Source: Candidatus Eiseniibacteriota bacterium (lineage in GTDB: Bacteria > Eisenbacteria > RBG-16-71-46). From it: a DNA stretch of 64,000 bases. Shown here one piece after another: positions 8,136-18,359 of this stretch (its first letter is position 1; every line of letters starts with the position of its first letter). Made by a program: the position numbers and the translations under genes. Under the pieces are notes generated by a model. It did not search any database and was not told the origin of the DNA. It saw only the letters and a program-made list of their open reading frames with translations. The stretch is taken from positions 128,001 to 192,000 of the forward strand of contig JBBRLX010000002.1 of NCBI GenBank assembly GCA_038231135.1. Direction: 5' to 3'.

Positions 8136-9067
8136 TGCGCGCCCCGCTGGGTCCGCTCCTCCTTCTCCTTGCACGCTACGCACAGCCGCGCCGACGGCAT
8201 CGCCTGCAACCGTCCGTGCGCGATCGGCTGACTGCAGGATTCGCACACACCGTATTCGCCGCGGTACAGCCGGCGCAGCGCCTCGTTGATCTCGATCAGC
8301 GTCCGGCCTTCGGTGGACGCGAACATGAACGCCTTCTCGCGCTCCATCGCGTCGGTTCCGGCATCGGCCATGTGGAACGAATAGCCGGACAGGTCACCCG
8401 AGCTGTCGCGCTGATTCACCTTGAGCACCGTGTTTTCGAGGTGGCCCATCTCCTTGAGGATGCGGCGGCGCTCCTCGAGCAGACGCTCTTCGAACTGCTT
8501 CTGTTCCTGCTCCGTCACTCGTTTCACTCCTTGACCGGATGTCGGCGGATGGATCTTGGGGACGGGAGCAATGGGCCGTTTCTTCACGAGCGGGGCCGGG
8601 TGCGGCCGTGTCGAACGCGCCATCGATTCGGGCGGCAGCACACCCAGCGGTCGCACGATCGCCTGCGCGGCACGCTTCGCCGCCGAGTCGGACAGCTTCA
8701 CCTTGCCCTTCGCTACCGCCTTCGAACCCTTGGCCACCGCGGGCTTCGCGGGAGCCGCCTTCGCTATCGGCGCCGCCGTTTTGATGCCGGCGCCGGGCTT
8801 TGTGACCACGGCGGCCATGGTCTTCGCCGCGGCCTTCGGATCGACCGCATGTCCCGCCGGCTTGCTCGCCGGCTTCGCCGGAACCGGCCGGGCCGCCGGC
8901 TTCACCGCCGGCTTCACCGCCGCCGGTCTCACCGCCGTCGGTTTGGGCAGGGAATGCTTGGATGCGGGCTTGCTCGCTGCGGACGCAGAACGGGAAGGCT
9001 TTGCCGTTTTCGAACCGGACCGGGTCGTCTTGGCTCGGGCGGCGCTGGTTTTGCGAATGGTCGCCAT
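8132..9067 (-). CDS. TraR/DksA C4 zinc-finger protein with long Lys/Ala/Pro-rich N-terminus
   Basis: HMADAGTD coiled-coil tip, YGVCESC...RL.AMP.ARLCVAC; ~190 aa AKP-rich region. Confidence 0.9.
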   Translation of the reverse strand: MATIRKTSAARAKTTRSGSKTAKPSRSASAASKPASKHSLPKPTAVRPAAVKPAVKPAARPVPAKPASKPAGHAVDPKAAAKTMAAVVTKPGAGIKTAAPIAKAAPAKPAVAKGSKAVAKGKVKLSDSAAKRAAQAIVRPLGVLPPESMARSTRPHPAPLVKKRPIAPVPKIHPPTSGQGVKRVTEQEQKQFEERLLEERRRILKEMGHLENTVLKVNQRDSSGDLSGYSFHMADAGTDAMEREKAFMFASTEGRTLIEINEALRRLYRGEYGVCESCSQPIAHGRLQAMPSARLCVACKEKEERTQRGAQ

Positions 9068-9102
9068 GAGTTACCTCCTGGAATCCAACATCGGCCCGGT
9101 GT

Positions 9103-9939
9103 TCATGCTGCCTCGTCCAGACGGCGGACGATTTCGGTGACGAGCAATTTCAGCCGCGGCGCGGCGTTGCCGGCGATCTCGAGAATCTCGGGAATGTCCA
9201 CCGGCCGCAGCCGGTCGGGCAGGCAGGCGTCGGTGACGACGTTGAACGCCAGCACGCGCTGGCCGCCGTGCACCGCGACGACGTTCTCGGGCACCAGCGA
9301 CATGCCCACGACGTCGGCGCCGATCCAGCGCAGGAACCGGTACTCGGCCGCCGTCTCGAGATTCGGCCCGGCGACCGCCACGAACACGCCCCGCCGCAGT
9401 GGTTCCTGGATCCCGAGCGCCACCCGTTCGGCGAGCGCGATCAGCGCGCGCGAGTAGGGTTCGCTCATGTCGGGAAACCGCGGACCCAGCGTGTCGTCGT
9501 TGGGCCCGATCAGCGGGTTGTCGCCCATGAGATTGATGTGGTCGGTCGTGACCACGATCGTGCCGGGCGGCATGTCGGGGTTCATTCCGCCGCAGGCGTT
9601 CGTCACGATCAGCGTGCCGCAGCCGAGCGCCTTGAGCACGCGGATGGGAAACGTGACCTCCTGCATGGTGTAGCCCTCGTAGTAGTGCACGCGGCCCTTC
9701 ATGATCGCCACCGGGCGGCCCGACAGCCGGCCCAGATGGAGCTCGCCCGCATGGCTCTCGACCGTCGACACCGGGAAGTGCGGGATGTCGTGGTACGGGA
9801 CCACGACCGCGGCTTCGAGCGCGTCCGCGAAGTCGCCGAGCCCGGTGCCCAGGATGATCCCCACTTCGGGACGCATCGGGCTGGCCTTCGTCACGTGCCG
9901 GACGGCCTCGTCGATTCTCTGCTTCAGGTCAATCGCCAC
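9103..9939 (-). CDS. Purine nucleoside phosphorylase (trimeric PNP type)
   Basis: GIILGTGLG, GRVHYYEG, TNACGG, DHINL, GPNLET.AE, VGMS. Confidence 0.95.
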   Translation of the reverse strand: MAIDLKQRIDEAVRHVTKASPMRPEVGIILGTGLGDFADALEAAVVVPYHDIPHFPVSTVESHAGELHLGRLSGRPVAIMKGRVHYYEGYTMQEVTFPIRVLKALGCGTLIVTNACGGMNPDMPPGTIVVTTDHINLMGDNPLIGPNDDTLGPRFPDMSEPYSRALIALAERVALGIQEPLRRGVFVAVAGPNLETAAEYRFLRWIGADVVGMSLVPENVVAVHGGQRVLAFNVVTDACLPDRLRPVDIPEILEIAGNAAPRLKLLVTEIVRRLDEAA

Positions 9940-10225
9940 GCGACTCCTGTGATTCGAGTTCCGCGTCGAGCCGGTCCGCCACGGCCTGGGGCTCGACGCC
10001 CGTGATCTCCACCTGCTTCATCCGCGCCGACTGCCCGCGAACCACCGTCACCTGTTGCGGCTTCACCCCGAGCAGTTGCGCGATCAACTCGCACACCGCC
10101 CGGTTCGCGCGGCCGTCCTCGGCCGGCGCCTGGACCTCGAACTTGTACGTGCCGTCCGCCAGACGGCCCTGCAACCGGCCGCGGCGCGCGCCCGGATGGA
10201 CGCGGACCGCGATGCGCACCGTCAT
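9929..10225 (-). CDS. DUF167 / YggU family protein
   Basis: VRVHPGA, APAEDGRAN, V..GQSARMK. Confidence 0.88.
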   Translation of the reverse strand: MTVRIAVRVHPGARRGRLQGRLADGTYKFEVQAPAEDGRANRAVCELIAQLLGVKPQQVTVVRGQSARMKQVEITGVEPQAVADRLDAELESQESRGD

Positions 10226-10521
10226 TGCATCCGGATCGCGATGTCGCGCAGCGTCGAGACCAGGAACATCCGCGCGAACCAGATCACCAGCATCGCGACC
10301 AGCGGAGCGAAATCCATGCCGCCGTACTGCAGCGGAAACAGCCGGCGCAGCGGGCTGCACACCAGGTCCGAGACCCGGTCGAGGAACATCACGATCGGGT
10401 TGTTCGGGTCGGGTCGCACCCACGACAGCACCGCATTCAGGAACAGCACGATCATCAGCATGTACAACAGCGCGTCGACCACCGACGCGAGCGCGTTGAG
10501 CAGGTTCCCGATCACGAACAT
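10222..10521 (-). CDS. yggT: YggT family membrane protein
   Basis: LSWVRPDPNNPIV.FL, PLRR..P, GMDFAPLV. Confidence 0.92.
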   Translation of the reverse strand: MFVIGNLLNALASVVDALLYMLMIVLFLNAVLSWVRPDPNNPIVMFLDRVSDLVCSPLRRLFPLQYGGMDFAPLVAMLVIWFARMFLVSTLRDIAIRMQ

Positions 10522-10537
10522 TCCGGCGTCTCCACCC

Positions 10538-11233
10538 TCAGTCCCGGGCGCCGAACAGCGCGGTGCCCAGGCGAACCATGGTGCTGCCTTCCTCGATCGC
10601 GACCTCGAAATCGCCACTCATGCCCATGCTCAGCTCGGGCAGCCGCACGCCGGTCGACGCTTCGCATCGATCGCGCAGCGCGCGCGCCGCGCTGAAGAAC
10701 CGGCGCGCATCCTCCGCCCGATCGACGGCCGCGCCGATGGCCATCACGCCATCGAGCGCCAGCGCCGGCAGCTTCACCAGCCCCTCGACCAGCGCCGGCA
10801 GTGCCTCCGGCGCGACTCCATGTTTCTGCGATTCACCGCTCACGTTGACCTGAATCAGCACCCGCAGCACACGGCCGACCTGTTCCGCCCGCGCGGACAG
10901 CGCCCGAGCAATCTCCGGACCATCGATGCTGTGAACGCGGTCGAACAGCTCGGCCGCACGTCCGGCCTTGTTCCGTTGCAGATGCCCGATCATGTGCCAC
11001 CGCGCGGGCCGGCCGATGGCCTCGAACGCCAGGGCCGCCTCCTGAACGCGGTTCTCGCCCAGATCGGTGAGGCCGTGCGTCACGGCCTCGCGGATGCGGT
11101 CGAGCGGTACGGTTTTGATCGCCCCAATGAGCAATACCTGCCGCGGTTCACGGCCAGACCGCCGAGCCGCTTGCGCGATACGGACTTGAAGCTCGCCAAG
11201 ACGTTCGCGGAGCGAGGGGGAGGCGGCGTTCAC
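10538..11233 (-). CDS. yggS: PLP homeostasis protein YggS
   Basis: GENRVQEA, WHMIGHLQRNK, QVN.SGE..K.G, LSMGMSGDF, VRLGTALFG. Confidence 0.95.
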   Translation of the reverse strand: MNAASPSLRERLGELQVRIAQAARRSGREPRQVLLIGAIKTVPLDRIREAVTHGLTDLGENRVQEAALAFEAIGRPARWHMIGHLQRNKAGRAAELFDRVHSIDGPEIARALSARAEQVGRVLRVLIQVNVSGESQKHGVAPEALPALVEGLVKLPALALDGVMAIGAAVDRAEDARRFFSAARALRDRCEASTGVRLPELSMGMSGDFEVAIEEGSTMVRLGTALFGARD

Positions 11234-11393
11234 GGGACGCGAGAGGGTAGACACCCTACCCGTTGTCTGCAAGCGGAAAACGCGGCCCCGGGCGGCCCTG
11301 ACCAGGATGAACGTGGTTTCACGGCCCGGAGCCGCATGGCGGGCGGCCCGAACAGCGGAAGCCAACCGGGCAACTGGCTGGCTTCCGTACAGA

Positions 11394-11748
11394 TGGTGGA
11401 GGCGGCGGGAATCGAACCCGCGTCCGAAAAACAATCCCCAGAGAGTCCTACAGGCGTGTCCGGCCGATTGGATCTCGCGCGCCTCCGCTCCGACCGGCGG
11501 GATCGCCGACGCGCCAGCTCGATTGGTTCTCGTCCGCTACCCCCGAGCGAGAGCTTTGGACCAGCCCGCGTTTGTATGACGCTCGCATCCAGCCCCCACG
11601 GACGGGGTCCGGGCGATCGTCGCTGCTAATTAAGCAGCGAGAGCCATCTGCTCGTTGGCAGATGAAATTTCCCGCTTTTTTGACGAGGACACGGGGCCCC
11701 GGCCTGCACTCTGTGGTTCACGTTTCCCGTCGAGACCAAATCGCCCCC
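11394..11748 (-). ncRNA. ssrA: tmRNA, one-piece, tag (A)ANEQMALAA
   Basis: 5' GGGGGCGA...CTCGACGG; 3' GGTTCGATTCCCGCCGCCTCCACCA; tag ORF 11630-11659 with its stop in a hairpin. Confidence 0.95.
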
Positions 11749-11996
11749 AGGAATAACGCGAGCGGCGCATCCGCTGCGTTGGCTCGGTCGCGTCGTGCTC
11801 GATGTATCTTACGATAGATCTCCGCGCGCCGCTCGGTCGCCGCCTTGCGGGCTGCACCACTCGCGTAATTCCTTACGTCTGCGCAATGGGGAGAGTCGAA
11901 GGCGAAACGGCCTGGATGCGCGGCGGCCTTCGGCCTGGCGCAACCGAATTCACCCTTTTCAAAGGTCAACAACATGTCAAGCGCGGCTTCCCTGGA

Positions 11997-12431
11997 TCAA
12001 AACGGGATGTCGTCGTCGGTGCCGCCCTGGAATTCGCCGGTCATCGGGTCGTCCGGCGGGATCGTGGCGCCCATCTCGTCGGGGACGCGCTCGCTGCCGC
12101 TGCGGCCGCCTACCATGGTCATGTTGGTGGCGATGATCTCGGTCGAATAGCGCTTCTGGCCGGATTGATCCTGCCACTGGCGGGTGCGGATGCGGCCTTC
12201 GATGAAGACCTGGCGGCCCTTGGTGAGGTACTGGCCCGCGATCTCGGCGGTCTTGCCGAACAGCACCACGCGATGCCACTCGGTGGCTTCCTGCTTCTGG
12301 CCGCTCTTGTCGGTCCACTTCTCGGTCGTGGCGATCCGGAGGTTCGCGACGGGCGCGCCTCCCTGGGTGAAGCGCATCTCGGGGTTGGCGCCGAGGTTGC
12401 CCAGCAGGATCACTTTGTTGACGCCGCTCAT
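11997..12431 (-). CDS. ssb: Single-stranded DNA-binding protein
   Basis: [30 protein letters not shown]-terminal DDDIPF. Confidence 0.98.
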   Translation of the reverse strand: MSGVNKVILLGNLGANPEMRFTQGGAPVANLRIATTEKWTDKSGQKQEATEWHRVVLFGKTAEIAGQYLTKGRQVFIEGRIRTRQWQDQSGQKRYSTEIIATNMTMVGGRSGSERVPDEMGATIPPDDPMTGEFQGGTDDDIPF

Positions 12432-12538
12432 GAGGTTCTCCCGCGAATGCTTGGGGTATGCGGAGGCTACGTTCAGATTGTGAGAATAGGCACTCGCACG
12501 CGCCGAATCAACCGCGCAGCATCGCATCCCGTGCAGGT

Positions 12539-12568
12539 TTGACGCGGCCCGGCTGCGCTGACTATCCT
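12539..12568 (+). promoter_or_regulatory. Sigma70-type promoter for the tRNA cluster
   Basis: TTGACG-N18-TATCCT just upstream of tRNA-Pro. Confidence 0.55.
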
Positions 12569-12594
12569 CCTCGCCGCGTTCGACTTGAGATCAC

Positions 12595-12672
<78 letters not shown>

Positions 12673-12715
12673 ATTGGGTGTCCCGGAACTCGCACCCTAA
12701 GGAGCCGGAAACCCG

Positions 12716-12792
12716 GCGCCTGTAGCTCAGAAGGATAGAGCAACGGATTTCTAATCCGTCGGTCGGGGGTTCGATTCCCTCCAGGCGCACCA
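12716..12792 (+). tRNA. tRNA-Arg(TCT)
   Basis: GCGCCTGTAGCTCAG...TTTCTAA...GGTTCGATTCC...AGGCGCACCA. Confidence 0.97.
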
Positions 12793-12821
12793 TTGAATCG
12801 CGCGTGGGACTTCAAGCTGGT

Positions 12822-12898
12822 GGTGGATGTAGCTCAGCTGGTAGAGCACTGGACTGTGGCTCCAGTGGTCGCGGGTTCGAACCCCGTCATCCACCCCA
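12822..12898 (+). tRNA. tRNA-His(GTG), integration target
   Basis: G-1 + GTGGATGTAGCTCAG...CTGTGGC...GGTTCGAACC...CATCCACCCCA. Confidence 0.97.
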
Positions 12899-13922
12899 TC
12901 TTGACGCCTCCCGCTTCGTCGAGTGTGCCCGTAAGTGTGCCCGTGCTGCCTGCGGCGAGCCGCTGGACCGCTTCGCGAAGGTCGCGCTCCGAGGCGATCG
13001 CGTAGCGGAAATAGACCGCCTCTGTCTTGTGTCCCGTCAGCCGCATGGCCCACGAGCGGGGCACGCCCTGCCGCTCAAGATTGCGCACTGCTGTGCGACG
13101 CAGATCGTGAAATAGGCGCACGACCTTGGCGCGCTTACATGCCGACTGCCACGCCCTACGGAAAAAGCGAACGGGCTGCCCGCGACGGTGGAACACGCAT
13201 GGGACTATGCGCCCCGATGCACGCTGGAAAGCATCCGTCTTTGCTCTTTGCCGGAGGAGCAGGTCCTTCAATTCAGGATACTCACCGAACGGGAACATGC
13301 GCCCATCGTCATTTTTCGTCGTGCCCGGCTCCAACCTCACGGTGCCCGTTACGAAATCGATCTGATGCCACTTGAGCCCGAGCACCTCGCTTTTGCGCCA
13401 GGCGGTAAAGTACGCGAACAACGCGACCGGCACGAGATGTTCCGGCAGGTTGGCGAGCACCGTCCGAAGCTCGGCATCCTCGAAGAAACCGGAGCGCACG
13501 TTGCGAACTTCGATCGAAGGGAACGTCGGGCGAACTGCGAGGCGACCGGCAGCAACCGCGAGAGTGAACATGCGCACGAGGGCCGCACGTTCCTTCTGGA
13601 TCGTTGCCGGCTTCGCACCGGAACGCAGCCGTGAGGCGATGTAGGCGCTCATCCGGTCTGGGGTGATGTCGAGGGCTTTGTCCCCACGGAAAAACGGCTG
13701 GAGGCGCTTTATGGAAGCCTCAGCGCGAACCAGAGACTTCCTACCATTCACGCGGTAGTCGTCGAGGAGTAGATCGCACAGGTTTTCGAAGGTCACGCGT
13801 TCGGCGTCGGGAGCAACGCGCCGACCCTGAGAAATTTCGACCTGCTGTTGCCGCAGGAATCGAACAGCCTCACGCCTGTCGGTGCTCCCGGTACTCTTCC
13901 GCATGCACCGACCCACGCGCAT
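12834..13922 (-). CDS. Tyrosine recombinase / phage-type integrase (start uncertain; ORF open to 14243)
   Basis: TAWRKSE (R), TKND (K), FHDLRRT (HxxR), LTGHKT (H), RY (Y); STGSTDRREA arm-binding region. Confidence 0.93.
   Translation of the reverse strand: MRVGRCMRKSTGSTDRREAVRFLRQQQVEISQGRRVAPDAERVTFENLCDLLLDDYRVNGRKSLVRAEASIKRLQPFFRGDKALDITPDRMSAYIASRLRSGAKPATIQKERAALVRMFTLAVAAGRLAVRPTFPSIEVRNVRSGFFEDAELRTVLANLPEHLVPVALFAYFTAWRKSEVLGLKWHQIDFVTGTVRLEPGTTKNDDGRMFPFGEYPELKDLLLRQRAKTDAFQRASGRIVPCVFHRRGQPVRFFRRAWQSACKRAKVVRLFHDLRRTAVRNLERQGVPRSWAMRLTGHKTEAVYFRYAIASERDLREAVQRLAAGSTGTLTGTLDEAGGVKMGWMTGFEPATTGATVQCSTS
12849..12901 (+). repeat. att core, left copy (3' part of tRNA-His)
   Basis: CTGGACTGTGGCTCCAG...CATCCACCCCATCT identical to 16534-16586. 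Confidence 0.93.
12922..12944. repeat. Putative integrase arm-type sites, left
   Basis: AGTGTGCCCGT-A-AGTGTGCCCGT, 12-bp period, 20 bp from the att core. Confidence 0.7.
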
Positions 13923-14252
13923 CGAGCACCTCGGTTGCGGCCGCTCGAAGATGGCACCTGCTGCCGCGATAGCCACGCGCGCGGCGGCGACCCGGTCCTT
14001 TGCGGGCGTGGAAACATCTTGAAGAATCGTCGTAGATCCTCGCGACTCGGAGAATTGGCAGCGGGCAGTACGCCGCATCCGGAGAAGACTGCGTGCTGCG
14101 GCCGCCGCTCTCGCACGTGAGCACGGTGCGACAACACCCTGACAGCGCACCGTAGAGCCTGCCACCGCGCACCCCAAGCTGCCACCTTCCCAACTGCGTG
14201 AGCAACTCGCGCTCGAATTGATGCGCAAATCGGCTCCTCGCATGGCGGCGTT

Positions 14253-14711
14253 TCACTTGGGCCTCGCTTCCCCGATGTCGCTGGGAATCGTCGGCGAGTG
14301 ATGGTCATCCCGCTGCTTGCGATACGCGAAGACATGACGCCTAACGAGTTCGCGCAGGTCCTGTTCGTCCTGAAGCCCCGCGACGCGGAGCACCTGCCCC
14401 CAACACTGATCATCGATAAGGTCCACGATGACGACGTGCGAGTCCGTGTTGAAGAGACCGCCCGGGGCATCCTGTTCGTCGCGCCGCACATGGTGGAAGC
14501 CGTCCTCGTCCGCGTGCGGTGCTCCGCTCGCGACGGCGTACTCGAAGTCCGGATTATCTTGCACTCGGAGGTATGCACCGAATGTGGACGGTAGCCGAGT
14601 TGGCTTGCCACCCGCCCGAAGACTCGCGTCCCACTCTTCTCGCGGGATGACTGTGACCCGCGTTCCGATGACTCGCTCGAGCGCAAACCGTACGCTTTCT
14701 AAGTCGTCCAT
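14253..14711 (-). CDS. Hypothetical protein (element cargo)
   Basis: ATG 14711 with GGGAG RBS; globular-looking acidic 152-aa sequence. Confidence 0.55.
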   Translation of the reverse strand: MDDLESVRFALERVIGTRVTVIPREEWDASLRAGGKPTRLPSTFGAYLRVQDNPDFEYAVASGAPHADEDGFHHVRRDEQDAPGGLFNTDSHVVIVDLIDDQCWGQVLRVAGLQDEQDLRELVRRHVFAYRKQRDDHHSPTIPSDIGEARPK

Positions 14712-14961
14712 CCCGCTCCCCCCTGCGATCTTCCAATATTCGCGTGCCAATCGCACCTCTTCTGAACTCGTCGGGACCCCGCCGGGCGCTGAAGGTCAGG
14801 CGCTACGACAAGATCCTGGGACAGGCCGGGGCTTCATTATCGGCGGCCATTTCGGAACATCCCAATAATGTTTTCACCATTGGCCGATACCTCCCAGACA
14901 AGGCTTTTGGGCGGAGCCGTGAAGGTTGCCCACAACCGCTCAAGAACAAAAGGAGGACGCC

Positions 14962-15309
14962 GTGCGAATCAAGTCAAAAGCCTTCACCGTGATACTCATC
15001 GGAATACTTGGAATGATCGGTTGCAATGGCACCAAGAGTACCGCGCCTGGGTCTCCATCGTCACCGGCTTCAGTGGCGCTCGTTGGGACGCAGCACTACA
15101 CGTCCTCGCCTTATTGCACGAGCATCTGGACCTTGAAGAACACCGGTGGATCGACCGCTTATCACGTGTACGTGGTATCTGATGCGGGGACGTATTCGCT
15201 CGGCGGGGCCGGCCAGATCTCAGCAGGCGACGCTACGACCATCACGTCTACGCAAGTCAGGGATGCGTGTCCAGCACTGCAAGACATCCGTTGGTCCACT
15301 TCACCATAA
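14962..15309 (+). CDS. Putative lipoprotein with small Ig-like domain (element cargo)
   Basis: AGGAGG RBS + GTG; signal peptide with MIG-C lipobox; WTLKNTGGSTA..V.V pattern. Confidence 0.7.
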   Translation: MRIKSKAFTVILIGILGMIGCNGTKSTAPGSPSSPASVALVGTQHYTSSPYCTSIWTLKNTGGSTAYHVYVVSDAGTYSLGGAGQISAGDATTITSTQVRDACPALQDIRWSTSP

Positions 15310-15438
15310 TCGTCAGAGCTAAACCAAAACAGCGGGCGTTGCCAATAATCATGAGGCCGGGCATCCGCTCGCGACAATGATGGGCACCGGGTGTGGGTCA
15401 TGGTCCGTCAGAACCGTCGGAGTCAGTGGAGAGCAGGC

Positions 15439-16098
15439 CTATCGAAGCTCCGCGCCCTCCGCAGCCTCCTCGATGGCAGCGTTGTCGAGCGCGTCTTGCC
15501 ACGCAAGGAGCACGCAGTCGCACTCAGCCTGAAGGTCGCTGGGTGAATCCGAGAGCGCGCGAAGCCGCACGAAGGTCCCGGGGAACATCGCCTCAAGCCC
15601 TGCATCCGCCCAAGCCGCGCCGGGCGTCCCGGATTCGATGTAGAGCCGCCCCGCCATCTTCCCAGCCAGATGTGCGGTGGCTATCACGATCGCGCGCCAA
15701 TCGTGTTCGATCGGCGGCACGCCGCGCGCTTCGACTACATCCGACGTTCCTTGTTGCGACCGTTCGAAGATCGTCCCTGCTGCTGCGATAGCTACGCGCG
15801 CGGCGGCGACTCGGTCCCGTGCCGGCGCTGAGCCATCCTGAAGGATGGCAGCGAGGGTCTCGCCAGCGAGAGCGGCATTTGACCGCATCCTATCGGCGGC
15901 GGCGCGCCACGCTTGGCGGCGAAGGTCATTCACATGCCTTTCGAATTCCGGCAACCGAGATCATCTCCAAACCGTGCACCGATCGATGCCAAGCGCCTGC
16001 GCCACGTTCCCCACTCGCTGTCCACTCGCAATCATCTCGGCCGCACTCTCCTGCTGAGGCGTCAGCTTGGTTGCATCCTGTTGCGGCGCGTTGCTCAT
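15439..16098 (-). pseudogene. HTH protein (phBC6A51 / terminase-small-like) interrupted by in-frame TGA at 15961-15963
   Basis: LTPQQESAAEMIASG...VAQALGIDRCTVWR*SRLPEF continues in frame into ORF 15439..15954; GGAGG RBS. Confidence 0.65.
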
Positions 16099-16201
16099 CT
16101 TCGCCTCCGTGCGGTTGCTGCGAGCCGGCCTGCTGTGCGGGAACTGTGCGGGAACGATGTGCATTCGTCGTCAATTACTAGCCGCCATCGTCAGACGGGG
16201 G

Positions 16202-16315
16202 CTAAACCGTTACTTCGCCTCGGACTGTCCGCCGACCCGCAGCAATCAGTTCCACCGAGCGTTCCTGCTGGACCGTCAGACCATAGGTTGCAGTTGGTTG
16301 CACTTGGTCATTCAT
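16202..16315 (-). pseudogene. Truncated paralog of the HTH gene (37 aa)
   Basis: AAGGAGG RBS; MNDQVQPTATYGLTVQQERSVELIAAGR aligns with MSNAPQQDATKLTPQQESAAEMIASGQ. Confidence 0.55.
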
Positions 16316-16390
16316 CGGTCGCCTCCTTGCGCCCCACGGAAATGATCGGAGCATTTGACCAAGCCCGTCGGTCAGGTACGATGTTGGTTA

Positions 16391-16412
16391 ATTGTGCCTA
16401 GGATTGTGCCCA
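16391..16412. repeat. Putative integrase arm-type sites, right
   Basis: ATTGTGCCTA-GG-ATTGTGCCCA, 12-bp period, same TGTGCC core as the left sites. Confidence 0.65.
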
Positions 16413-16533
16413 TTCTGACCGCTACCACTCGCGTCTATTCGTGAGGATCGGTGCTATTGTCCGGTGCGATCCGGGCTGAATTGACGGCGATTGCGGGATC
16501 GGGACCGATCGTGGTGCTTGGTTCCTCTCGGGG

Positions 16534-16586
16534 CTGGACTGTGGCTCCAGTGGTCGCGGGTTCGAACCCCGTCATCCACCCCATCT
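16534..16586 (+). repeat. att core, right copy (duplicated tRNA-His 3' half)
   Basis: Identical to 12849-12901. Confidence 0.93.
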
Positions 16587-16662
16587 CCTCTGCTGCCGCG
16601 TGATCGGTACCGCCTCGAACGAACGGGAGTGCCGTGTGGGCCATGGGAGCGATGTCCACGCG

Positions 16663-18085
<1,423 letters not shown>

Positions 18086-18102
<17 letters not shown>

Positions 18103-18359
18103 AACGGCCAGAGCGCAGGCGGCGACGAGGGAATGTCGTTCGGAAGGCCAAACGGGCAACCACGTGCCGCGATGTCGTTCAGGGTGAGGTTCCGGAGGCG
18201 GGGACCGAGCGCAGCGCGGGAGAGCAGGGATGCACGGAGCGCTGCGCGAGTAGCGAGGACCCGCCAGGAGGGCGGGGCCGAAGCGTCCCCGCCGGAGGAA
18301 TCTCACCCTGAACGACATCGCGGCTCGAAAATAAGGGCTGTTTCAGCAGCCGCCCGCGC
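18086..18359. mobile_element. MITE-like non-autonomous element (~274 bp)
   Basis: 24-bp terminal IR with 2 mismatches (GCGC[A/G]GGCGGCTGCTGAAAC[G/A]GCC) and a nested ~40-bp IR at 18166-18205/18285-18324; no coding capacity. Confidence 0.7.

Larger units (their letters stand above)
12849..16586. mobile_element. Small (~3.7 kb) integrative element or degenerate satellite in tRNA-His
   Basis: 53-bp direct repeat at 12849-12901 and 16534-16586, tyrosine integrase, arm-type repeats near both ends, visibly lower GC than the flanks. Confidence 0.9.

Noticed and set aside
11234..11434. N-terminal extension of yggS into tmRNA (similarly smpB into tRNA-Leu)
   Set aside because: Longest-ORF artefacts; family homology begins at downstream starts
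11630..11860. 76-aa ORF ending ANEQMALAA
   Set aside because: This is the tmRNA tag frame, not an independent gene
16534..16586. Second tRNA-His gene
   Set aside because: Only the 3' part is present (no D-arm or 5' acceptor strand); it is the att duplicate
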